Origin: Nitrosopumilus sp.
GTDB lineage: Archaea; Thermoproteota; Nitrososphaeria; Nitrososphaerales; Nitrosopumilaceae
Reading direction: 5' to 3'
DNA: 64,000 nt
Assembly (NCBI GenBank): GCA_965223425.1
Contig: CBDCWS010000001.1
Coordinates: 1 to 64,000, forward strand
The notes under the pieces were generated by a model. It was not told the origin of the DNA. It was given only the letters and a program-made list of their open reading frames with translations, and searched no databases. The position numbers and the translations under genes are program-made. This document shows, piece by piece, positions 10,715 through 19,254 of this stretch (position 1 is its first letter; every line of letters starts with the position of its first letter).

Positions 10715-11848
10715 ATGAAGAAGAAGTATATTGTCGAACTCACCGATAGTGATCGTGCATTTTTGAAGGGGTGTGTTGATAAAGGGAAACACCCGGCTTA
10801 TGAGATAAAACACGCTCATATTTTATTGAAATCCGATGCTGCGGGGCCTGCTTGGACGGATGCCCGCATCGCTGAAGCGTTTGGGTGTCATACGCGGACG
10901 GTTTACAATGTCAGGCAGCGTTTTCTGGAACGTGGCTTGTCTGGTGCGTTATGCCGCGCAACGCCGCGAAAGCCATCTCGCCTCCCGAAACTTGACGGTG
11001 CGGCAGAGGCGCGTCTGATTGCGTTGAGTTGTGGGGATCCGCCTGCGGGTTTCGCGAAATGGACGTTGCGGTTGCTTGCCGAGGAACTCGTGGCTCTTGA
11101 GTGTGTTGAAAGTGTTTCTCATGAGACCGTGCGGCGGACGCTAAAAAAAAACGCTCTAAAACCGCACCTGCATAAACAGTGGGTGATTCCCCCGGAGGCA
11201 GATGAGGCGTTTGTTGCCTGTATGGAAAATATCCTTGACCTTTATCAGAGACCCTTGGATGTTCGGTTTCCGGTCGTCAACATGGATGAACAATCCGTGC
11301 AGTTACTCCAAGAAAGTCGGATGCCAATCCCTGGGGTTCCTGGACGCCCCAAACGTCTGGATTATGAGTATCGTCGCAATGGCACTGCCTCTATATTTCT
11401 CTTTACCGAGGCACTTAGAGGATGGAGAGGCGTGTCTGTGCGGGAGCGGCGGACAGCCGTGGATTGGGCGCAAGAGGTCAAAAGTCTTTTAGAGGAAGTC
11501 TATGCGGATGCCGAGCGAGTGCTATTGATATCTGATAATCTCAATACGCACAAGTATGCGTCGTTGTATAAAGCGTTTCAGGCTCCCGAAGCCTCTCGGT
11601 TGCGGAGTCGTTTGGCATTACATCATACGCCGGTGCATGGGAGTTGGTTGAACATCGCAGAGATAGAACTCAGTGTATTGACGCGGCAGTGTCTTTCTCG
11701 GCGAATACCGGATCAACAGACCCTAAAGCGCGAGGTTCAAGCATGGCAAAATCGAAGAAATGAGCAACGTGAGACTGTAAAATGGCGGTTTACTACCAAA
11801 GATGCGCGTATCAAACTCAAACGACTCTATCCTTCAACAGAGGGTTGA
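10715..11848 (+). CDS. IS630-family transposase
   Basis: HTH region plus DDE motifs MDE, DNLNTH and SWLNIAEIE. Confidence 0.95.
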   Translation: MKKKYIVELTDSDRAFLKGCVDKGKHPAYEIKHAHILLKSDAAGPAWTDARIAEAFGCHTRTVYNVRQRFLERGLSGALCRATPRKPSRLPKLDGAAEARLIALSCGDPPAGFAKWTLRLLAEELVALECVESVSHETVRRTLKKNALKPHLHKQWVIPPEADEAFVACMENILDLYQRPLDVRFPVVNMDEQSVQLLQESRMPIPGVPGRPKRLDYEYRRNGTASIFLFTEALRGWRGVSVRERRTAVDWAQEVKSLLEEVYADAERVLLISDNLNTHKYASLYKAFQAPEASRLRSRLALHHTPVHGSWLNIAEIELSVLTRQCLSRRIPDQQTLKREVQAWQNRRNEQRETVKWRFTTKDARIKLKRLYPSTEG

Positions 11849-11876
11849 CACAACACTAGAGATAGGAGAAAGTTTA

Positions 11877-12068
11877 ATGATAGCTTTGATGAAAGACACA
11901 CTTTATTTGATAATGCTACTCACTGGTATGCTATTTATAATCGGTATAGCCACAAGCGATGATCAGACAGATGTATCTACAGAAGGAATTAAGCAGATGA
12001 CCCAAAAAACGACAGTCATGATTCTCGGCAGTCCACACTTAGCGAATCCGGGAATGGATACATTTAAT
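11877..12068 (+). pseudogene. DUF5694-family protein, N-terminal part (interrupted)
   Basis: Signal/TM segment then VMILGSPHLANPGMDTFN; continues in frame at 62345. Confidence 0.85.
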
Positions 12069-13110
12069 AGACATTATAACGATTTAATTGTAGGTTTAGT
12101 TGGTTTATGATAAACTCAGAAGAAATACCGTCTTGGAGACCAACTGATGACCCGCTATGAAACACTCAAGACTAAACCAAAACGATTCCTGTCGCTGACA
12201 GGATATACACCCGAGGAGTTTTCGGCACTTCTTCCGTCCTTCTCCAAACGATTTTTAGAGTTCGTCGAAACACAGACGCTTGATGGCAAACGCCGAAAGA
12301 AGCGTCGGTACACTCTCTATAAAAACAGTTGCTTACCGAGTCGGGAAGATCAATTGCTCTTTATTTTGATTTACCTGCGAAAAGCCATGACGCAAGATGT
12401 CCTTGGTGAACTCTTCGGTATGTCTCAACCTGTCGCCAACAAATGGATTCATCGACTCTTGCCTGTGTTGAATCGTGCTTTGGCAGACCTTGGAGAGTTG
12501 CCATCACGGGAGACGACTCTCTCAACTGTTGACGCATCTACGCAGATCTCGGCTAATACTCAGGCTTTGAAACACTTTTTTTCATGATGCCACGGAACGT
12601 CCGATTCAACGTCCAAAAGACGTAGAAGCACAACAGGCACATTACAGTGGTAAAAAGAAGCAACACACCGTCAAGAATAACTTGATGATTAATACCGATA
12701 GCAAAGTGGTGTTATTGACGCCTTGCTATGAAGGCAGGATACACGACAAGCGCATCGCCGATATGACGATCTATTTCCTGCCACGCGGTAGTTATTTGTA
12801 TCAAGATTCAGGTTTTCAAGGTTTTTCAGTTCCGGGTGTCAAGATGATTCAACCAACGAAGAAACCCAAAGGTCGAGATCTGACGGTTCAAGAGAAAGCG
12901 AAGAATCGCGAGATTTCGTCAATACGCATACGCATTGAACACGCTATTAGTGGTATCAAAAGATACCGTATCGTCAAAGACAAGTTGCGCAACTACAAAA
13001 AAGGATTTACCGATTTAGTCATGGAAACTTGTTGTGGGTTACACAACTTTAGATTAAACTTCAGACCTTGGTCTTATCAGATACCTTGCGAGTAAATCAT
13101 TATAATGTCT
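12069..13110 (+). mobile_element. IS5-family (ISL2-like) element, copy 1; two-ORF transposase 12147-12587 and ~12585-13095
   Basis: IRs AGACATTATAACGATTTA/TAAATCATTATAATGTCT; HTH_Tnp_4-like and DDE_Tnp_4-like ORFs joined by a probable frameshift at TTTTTTTC; 1042 bp. Confidence 0.92.
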
Positions 13111-13340
13111 AATGTTTCCCGATCAGGAACATTCTCTGCCAATATCTGTAGCGAGAAATTTTCAGCCCCAAAGATTTTGATAGCCTCCGCGAAACTTCCT
13201 TTGCGTAGATTCTTTCTACGGCTTTCTTCTATATGCTTACGCCACCGAGCAGACTCTGGCACAGTAGTTTGACCGACATAAGGTAATCCATTAATACCGT
13301 TTCGCCTAAGATAAATCGTCCCATTAATTTTTTCTGACAT
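13111..13340 (-). pseudogene. GIY-YIG endonuclease, truncated by IS5
   Basis: GTIY...NG..YVGQT...RWRKH...AIKIFGAENF signature. Confidence 0.8.
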
Positions 13341-13501
13341 AATACTAAATTTTTCTTTTCTTATGCGGGTTAACCGCTTGTTGTGACGTGACATATCACA
13401 CCCCAAATGTCACCTTAAAGGACGTAATTTTACCCCAATCGGTTCAGCTCGTATTTCGCCTACCTGTGCTTTCAAGCCCGAAAATAAATATACAATTACC
13501 C

Positions 13502-13530
13502 TTGACTTTGAATCGTAAATGTGGTATCCT
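13502..13530 (+). promoter_or_regulatory. Sigma70-type promoter of module A
   Basis: TTGACT-N17-TATCCT with an extended -10 TG. Confidence 0.65.
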
Positions 13531-13536
13531 TTTAAG

Positions 13537-13858
13537 TGGAAAGGGCAATCTTTGTCTGATCCAACGCGGAGGAAGTAGCTATCCAAAGCGTCAACTTAAA
13601 CCTCTTATCTGGTTTGAGCTGATTGTGTATGGTGTGTGGGGCTGCGTCTTATGGGCGCGCCCCTAACCGCCAATCTTCTCCAAGCCAAGATAATAGGAAT
13701 TTTCACACACAATCAGTAAAAGCGGGATATAGAGAGCGACCCACCCAAACTTCTTTTTGCAACTTCAGCTACACTTTGCTATTGGTCGTCAACTCTCTTA
13801 TCTGCTATCAATGCTTCTCTGATACGGAGTATAGAGAGGTATAGGGAGACCTTTTTTT
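13537..13858 (+). ncRNA. Conserved structured RNA or long leader, copy A
   Basis: Collinear stems with 35135-35468 showing compensatory differences (see findings). Confidence 0.65.
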
Positions 13859-14809
13859 ATGCAAAGCAAGCAGATTGCAGCGATACAGGTGCCGGGCATA
13901 GACCCACAGGCAACCACCCCTAACAAGAACGGCACAGGCACGGATTCAGATTACCTCAAGCAACTCAAGGCGTTAGTTGACGAGAAAGTTGAGAAGAACA
14001 TGAGCGGGTATGGTATTGAGTATGCCTATATTCGTGACCGATTTTGCCTTCAAGCAAGGCGTTTACTGAAGAAGGCTGGCAAGACGACACTGGAAGAATT
14101 AAACTACTGCTTTCCTGAATATAAGAAGGACAATTCAGCCTTCTTACAATCCATTCAGGAAAAGGAAGAATCGTCGGGCAACGAAAGTCCGCAGTCTCAT
14201 TCAGAGCCGACACGCCCACCCACCCGACAACAGGCTGAAGAACGCCTGAATAACTCGCTAGAACCCCAAGACGATTCGGACGAAATCAAGTTGAGTAAGG
14301 CTAAATGGGAATGGATAGAGAAAGCCAATCACTCACTTGGCGGACGGCTGTTTTTTGGGTCTATCGTCACACCGCAGTTCATGGAACTTGACCTGAAACT
14401 GGGAATATCCGACTCACCACACAGGCGACGGCTGTTAGACCTCCTATCGCTCCACTGCGACAATTCCACAGGCATTACAACCGGTTTCAGTGTGGCACAC
14501 CTCGCAGAGAAACTACAATGTGGGAAAGATAAAGTCCGTGGAGCGATCAAGTGGCTGGTCGAGCGAGAGGTGTTGGAATACTCGGAAAATTCTAAATATC
14601 CGAGACACTACACAGAAAAAGTATCTTTCAAGTTGCCATTCGTCGTAGAGGCTGACCAGACGAAATACCATGCATATAGAATCGCAAAGAAAACCGGTAT
14701 CCATTATCGGGAACTTTGGGAACGTCGTGAAGAATTTGGTTGTCCTGTTAAATGCGGGGGTGAAACCGAAGCCGAAGGTGAGGGGGTAAGACCCCCTTCT
14801 TCCTCTTGA
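13859..14809 (+). CDS. Module A gene 1: putative Rep-like winged-HTH protein
   Basis: Paralog of 35469-36170 (shared PNxNGTGTxSD, AYxRDxFC, EELNYCFP); C-terminal HTH SVAHLAEKLQCGKDKVRGAIKWL. Confidence 0.65.
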   Translation: MQSKQIAAIQVPGIDPQATTPNKNGTGTDSDYLKQLKALVDEKVEKNMSGYGIEYAYIRDRFCLQARRLLKKAGKTTLEELNYCFPEYKKDNSAFLQSIQEKEESSGNESPQSHSEPTRPPTRQQAEERLNNSLEPQDDSDEIKLSKAKWEWIEKANHSLGGRLFFGSIVTPQFMELDLKLGISDSPHRRRLLDLLSLHCDNSTGITTGFSVAHLAEKLQCGKDKVRGAIKWLVEREVLEYSENSKYPRHYTEKVSFKLPFVVEADQTKYHAYRIAKKTGIHYRELWERREEFGCPVKCGGETEAEGEGVRPPSSS

Positions 14810-15053
14810 ATTTTCATATACATATAGAGTGCGTACTCTTAAAAGTGTCTTTAAGACTTCTTAAGGACACTTTGACCCCTCACGAACCCCCGTCACGACT
14901 GGGTTCGCAAAAGTGCGTAATTCGTTAGCGAATTATACAATTCGTTAGCGAATTATACAATTCGTTAGCGAATTGGATTTGTGGGTGGATAATTTAATTC
15001 GTTAGCGAATTGAAAAGGAAAAATAATTCCACTTTTGTGCATATCTGCACAAA
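14762..15053. repeat. Origin-like cassette A: GC hairpin, AT-rich palindromes, CGAACCC/GGGTTCG hairpin, four palindromic iterons
   Basis: AATTCGTTAGCGAATT at 14919, 14939, 14959 (20-bp period) and 14996; TTGTGCATATCTGCACAA at ~15035. Confidence 0.75.
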
Positions 15054-15071
15054 CTCCCCAAAGGATTCCGC

Positions 15072-15449
15072 ATGTCCTACGATATACCCATTGACTATCA
15101 GATTTTGATAGACAATAAATGCTCGGGCAGCGAGTATGCTGTGTATCTCTATATCAAGCACAGACTTATCTCCGCCGGCATGGACGTAGGTTTGGGTCTC
15201 TCTGAAATAAAGCAGGGGTATGATCCAAGCAATTATGCGGGACTCCGCGGGATAAGCCGAGACGAGATACGAGACGACACTGGCTACACGCTGAAACAGG
15301 TGAATAACGCACTTGAAAAATTACAGAAACTGGATTTATTAGTGCCAGATCTCGGTGACAACGGACGCTACTACTACCAAATTCATTTCCGACTGCCGTT
15401 CATTCAGGATAAGTCCATCGATCCGACAAAGTTGCCCTCAATACAATAA
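15072..15449 (+). CDS. Module A gene 2: winged-HTH protein
   Basis: Paralog of 38001-38615; ISRDEIRDDTGYTLKQVNNALEKLQKLDLL. Confidence 0.7.
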   Translation: MSYDIPIDYQILIDNKCSGSEYAVYLYIKHRLISAGMDVGLGLSEIKQGYDPSNYAGLRGISRDEIRDDTGYTLKQVNNALEKLQKLDLLVPDLGDNGRYYYQIHFRLPFIQDKSIDPTKLPSIQ

Positions 15450-15697
15450 AAACATTGCCAAATTTCCCCGTCCATGCTACAATATGTGCGTGGTAGTCCC
15501 AAAAATTGTTTGGGGTGAGCCGACGGTGTGCGACCACCAATCGGCTCGTGCGACTGCCATAACGTGACTATGACAGACGCTAACCTGATTGTATCACAAA
15601 ATCCCTTTTTGTGCATGCTTTTGGGTTAGCCCTCTAAAAACACTGCGGGATACCGGACACCTTCCGTCTACAGTCCCCAACACTATGGAAAATATAA

Positions 15698-16174
15698 ATG
15701 AAAGCACCATGTGTATTTCTTGTGTGTGTCGTGTTTTTTGCTGCTCTTTTAATGAGTGAGGCGGAGGCACAGTATAAATGGAGCGGGTTCTTTGTCGGGA
15801 CACTGGGTATGCATACTTCCACCGAAATTGCTTTTGCGGGACTGACTGGGTATTATGGCGGTTCTATGGGCAATAAGGGCTTAGGGATCATGGGGTCTTA
15901 TGAGGTGGGCGGAGAAACTATTGACGGATATGATTTGAGGTTTCGGGTTGTGAACGTTTATTTTTCAGCCACATACATACTGGGGCGGTCAATGTTTGTT
16001 GTTTCACAAGGAGTATCAACGGTCATTGGCACTGTCGCGGAAGAACGGAAAGATTACAGCACGTCTACGACTGCTATATCGTATGTATTTAACACGGGTA
16101 GCCCATTTGTTTTATTTGGACAGGCACGACTTCAAGGGCGGGGACTAATGTTGTCTGCTGGCGTTGGATTTTAA
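15698..16174 (+). CDS. Secreted protein, probable outer-membrane beta-barrel
   Basis: Signal peptide, Gly-rich amphipathic strands, terminal Phe. Confidence 0.6.
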   Translation: MKAPCVFLVCVVFFAALLMSEAEAQYKWSGFFVGTLGMHTSTEIAFAGLTGYYGGSMGNKGLGIMGSYEVGGETIDGYDLRFRVVNVYFSATYILGRSMFVVSQGVSTVIGTVAEERKDYSTSTTAISYVFNTGSPFVLFGQARLQGRGLMLSAGVGF

Positions 16175-16185
16175 AGGAGGCACGC

Positions 16186-16557
16186 ATGGATAATCAGATA
16201 ATGCATTATGAGCAAGCCGTGGACGACCTGTTCCACAATCGTCTACAGGACACCACCCTCTCTGCTCTGAAGTTGACTCCAAAGAAGCACTTGATAATGT
16301 ATCACATGACTTTGGGGCAGCGGATACGCATTCTCTACAATATGTGGCGGAACGAGGAATTGGTTGATTCTACAGGAACGAACCACTCGGACGAAGCCAG
16401 CATGTTCATTATCGTCGAACTATGGGAGCTTCTCCAAGAGACAGACATTCCTATTCACTTGAGTGCTCGCAAGCCGACAGAATCAGAACAGGCAGCGACT
16501 CTGAAATTAGTCAGACATTATGAGAGCGTCATGGGCAAGGAATTTTCAGTAGAGTGA
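16186..16557 (+). CDS. DUF6794-like protein
   Basis: HMTLGQRIR...W...HSDEASMFII pattern; AAGGAGG RBS. Confidence 0.55.
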   Translation: MDNQIMHYEQAVDDLFHNRLQDTTLSALKLTPKKHLIMYHMTLGQRIRILYNMWRNEELVDSTGTNHSDEASMFIIVELWELLQETDIPIHLSARKPTESEQAATLKLVRHYESVMGKEFSVE

Positions 16558-16679
16558 GGCAGGCATATAAATTATGTTGCTATTCCTCTGCACCAAAGGC
16601 TTTGTATCCGAAGTATTATCGCTTTTAGGTAGAGCTACACGGAAGGACAGAAAGAGAAAGACAACGAAGGGGACAACGA

Positions 16680-17696
16680 ATGAAAGGCTATGTGATCTTG
16701 CTACTGCTACTGGCGGTCTTGATTGCTTGCGGAGCAGACGACTTTGAAACGTCTGAAGAAGAACCTATCTATGCCTATGTTCACCCGCTGAGCATTGTAG
16801 CTGAAGGCAAAAAGCCGTTAGTCCTTGCAGAACTAAAAGAGGAAACGGTTGAAGCTGAACGTATTTCAATGCCAATCACGGACGCATTGAGACAACTGCT
16901 GTTTAGAAAACCTGAAGACCTACTTGACAGCATTATCGCACTTGAAGAAGAAGACGACGCAGAGTTGTTTCCTGTAGAAGATAGTATTTTGAGAGCTTTG
17001 AAAGCCACAAGCAGAGTAGCTCCAAAAGAAATTACCAGCGCGGAGTATAACTTCTATAATCTGCTGCGCTATTGGAAACAGCGCGAGGGGCAAGAGACCT
17101 ATTATACCCGCTATGTAGACGCTGGCGGGATTATCATTGTCGGCTCGGACAACGTTACAGAAGACGAATTCAGAATCGCAAAAGGTATCCTTTTGACCAT
17201 GACTTCCAAGCGTCCAGCCTTGCGGAAGCGATTGTCACCGGAGGCGAAGTTTGATTTTTTCGGTGGTGCGTCCGGTTTTAGAATGGCAATCATACCCGAA
17301 AACGAAACGCTTGCGGACATGCCCGAAATGTTTGGAATCAGTCTTAAGGCTCACGGGGTCTGCGGGGTTTTTTGTGCGTCTCCGCTCGCCCGGTTCGGCT
17401 ACGGCGGGTTCGTCCATGAATTCGGGCATGCGATTGATTTTGCTATCCGAACCCTACACCCCGACCTTCAAGAGCGCGTCCAGTTGCTTTATGACAAATC
17501 TATGGCTGCGGGCAAATACGAAGGGGCGTATGCAGCTGTGAATTCTTCGGAATATTTCGCTGAAGGGGTAAAACATTGGTTTATCCCATGGCACTTTGAA
17601 GAAAATGGGACGCGTCAAAGTTTTATTGATTACGACCCCGATCTCTGCGAGCTTTTGGCGGAGTGGCTGCCTGAAAAGGATTTGGTATTAGAGTAA
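16680..17696 (+). CDS. Lipoprotein zinc metallopeptidase (anthrax-lethal-factor-like zincin)
   Basis: Lipobox LIAC; HEFGH; YAAVNSSEYFAEG. Confidence 0.8.
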   Translation: MKGYVILLLLLAVLIACGADDFETSEEEPIYAYVHPLSIVAEGKKPLVLAELKEETVEAERISMPITDALRQLLFRKPEDLLDSIIALEEEDDAELFPVEDSILRALKATSRVAPKEITSAEYNFYNLLRYWKQREGQETYYTRYVDAGGIIIVGSDNVTEDEFRIAKGILLTMTSKRPALRKRLSPEAKFDFFGGASGFRMAIIPENETLADMPEMFGISLKAHGVCGVFCASPLARFGYGGFVHEFGHAIDFAIRTLHPDLQERVQLLYDKSMAAGKYEGAYAAVNSSEYFAEGVKHWFIPWHFEENGTRQSFIDYDPDLCELLAEWLPEKDLVLE

Positions 17697-17870
17697 CCAA
17701 TTGTCCAAGCAGTGGAACTGGAAAGGTTTTTTGACAGCAGAACGTGCTAAAGGTTTGAGGGGTAGCCTCTGTGTTTGAGTCTCTCGGAAGGGTATCACAG
17801 AGGGGCTGTCTTTCGAGGGGCTTGTAGGGCGTTCTGTGCGGTTTTGGCAAAAAATCAAATCTAAATTTAC

Positions 17871-18378
17871 GGGACTTCGGGCGTAAAGCCGACTGCTTTA
17901 GCTTTGGGATATAAGCCCGCTATTGGCGTTAATTATGTCAAAAAAGATTTGACTTTTAGGTAAGATTGTAGTATAATTATTGTATCAAGTTGGCAGACAT
18001 TTCCAGCGTCCCCGCTTGGTGGCGTGTCTGCCTACCCACTGGAAAGGGGTTACCGGCTTAATACTTGATATACCATGAAAACCTATAAGTATAAATTTGG
18101 CAGTCAATCTAATTGTATTCGTATTGGCAACTTGCTTGACGATATGTGGCAAGTGCATGAGTATTTCCATAAGTGGCAACGTCAACGCTATAAAGACGGT
18201 TTGCCGTATGCGAACTATAGTGCGATGTGCGCGCAATTGACAGAGTTGAAGCGAACCCTGCACCCACATTGGAACGTGTTGCCGTCCCAAGCGATTCAAG
18301 AAGAACTTAAGCGTATTGACGCAGCCTATCAGCGTTTTTTCAATAGACTGGGCGGCAGACCGAAAATCAAAAAGCGAC
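17871..18378 (+). mobile_element. IS200/IS605-group tnpB element, left end plus 5' part only
   Basis: Follows TTAC; near-identical to the reverse complement of ~37176-37683; breaks off at 18378. Confidence 0.88.
17982..18071 (+). ncRNA. tnpB 5' leader structured RNA, copy 1
   Basis: Starts just after TTGACT-N17-TATAAT; stems covary with the other copies. Confidence 0.7.
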
Positions 18379-18458
18379 TGGTAACAGAAATCTCTGAGTC
18401 GGTAAAAGCGAAACCTGTATTTTTTGTTTTTTTTAGTGAAGTGTGTAGACCTCAGTAG
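18075..18458 (+). pseudogene. tnpB: TnpB N-terminal fragment
   Basis: Identical to the first ~101 aa of 36358-37479. Confidence 0.9.
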
Positions 18459-18549
18459 CTGCGCGCTCTTATTTTGTTTTTTGTGTTGACTTAATGTATT
18501 ATTTTCTGGTATAATACAAGCATACGTTTTCAAATAGGGATTTTAGATT

Positions 18550-18822
18550 ATGACAAAGCAAAAAAGAACGTACGCACCGCGGTTCGACAAGGACAAAGAC
18601 GCGCGTCTGCAAGTGGCTCTGATGCGTCTCGCGGGTATTCCTGCACCGCGTATTGCAGTACTGACTGGTCGCAAAGCAGTAACGATTGAAAAAGAGTTCA
18701 GGCGGACGGCACATCAAAATATACTATTGAAATATATGAAGTCCATCTGTCGCATAGCACCTATTTCGGACGACGTGAAGGGTGTGATAGAATCAGAGAT
18801 GTTGAAAAAGATTGAGGCTTAA
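18550..18822 (+). CDS. Small HTH-like DNA-binding protein
   Basis: TTGACT/TATAAT promoter; GIPAPRIAVLTGRKAVTIEKEF. Confidence 0.55.
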   Translation: MTKQKRTYAPRFDKDKDARLQVALMRLAGIPAPRIAVLTGRKAVTIEKEFRRTAHQNILLKYMKSICRIAPISDDVKGVIESEMLKKIEA

Positions 18823-19254
18823 CGAAGTCAGGCGTGAAGCAGTATCGTGATGATTTTTTAAGATTGACATCTTTATTTTTTACGATACAATGTATCCGTA
18901 ATTATAGATATTCAGAGTTACAGAAAAAGCCCGCTAAAGGGGCGGGCTTAAACTGCGATCGGCTCGATTTAAAAACCGGTCGGATTTGATTTGTAATGTG
19001 TGTCAGACAGGAACGCGAATAGTATGACACTTCGCCCTTCCAAAAGCACGTGAAAAATACTATTCTTCCCTTCTGAGCAACCGCACGGAGGCGGATTTCA
19101 AAAGTAGTAGTGAGAAAAACACACTACTCTTTTTAGGTATTATACCACATTTTCATATTTTTTGCTAATCTTTTGAAAAATAAAGTCTATTACAGCGAAA
19201 AAAACAAAAAAATGTGCTTAATATTGTTCCCTCCCTGCAAGGTATTCCAGAATA

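Larger units (their letters stand above)
9601..11856 (+). mobile_element. IS630-family tandem: truncated copy (9601-~10610) fused to a near-complete copy
   Basis: CTAGTG...CACTAG ends with TA target; the upstream sequence restarts at ~10611. Confidence 0.9.

Noticed and set aside
10264-11271. GGTTTCC in IS630 (and GGAAACC at 41081) as insertion scars
   Set aside because: They encode RFP in contexts that fit the family length with no extra residue, so they are probably native sequence.
14919-15011. Mini-CRISPR from palindromic 16-mers
   Set aside because: The intervening sequences are 4 bp and identical; no cas genes are present; this fits iterons or operators.
17871-18075. Group I intron (IStron) upstream of tnpB
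   Set aside because: Only ~200 nt from the left end to the ATG, with no recognisable P7/catalytic core.
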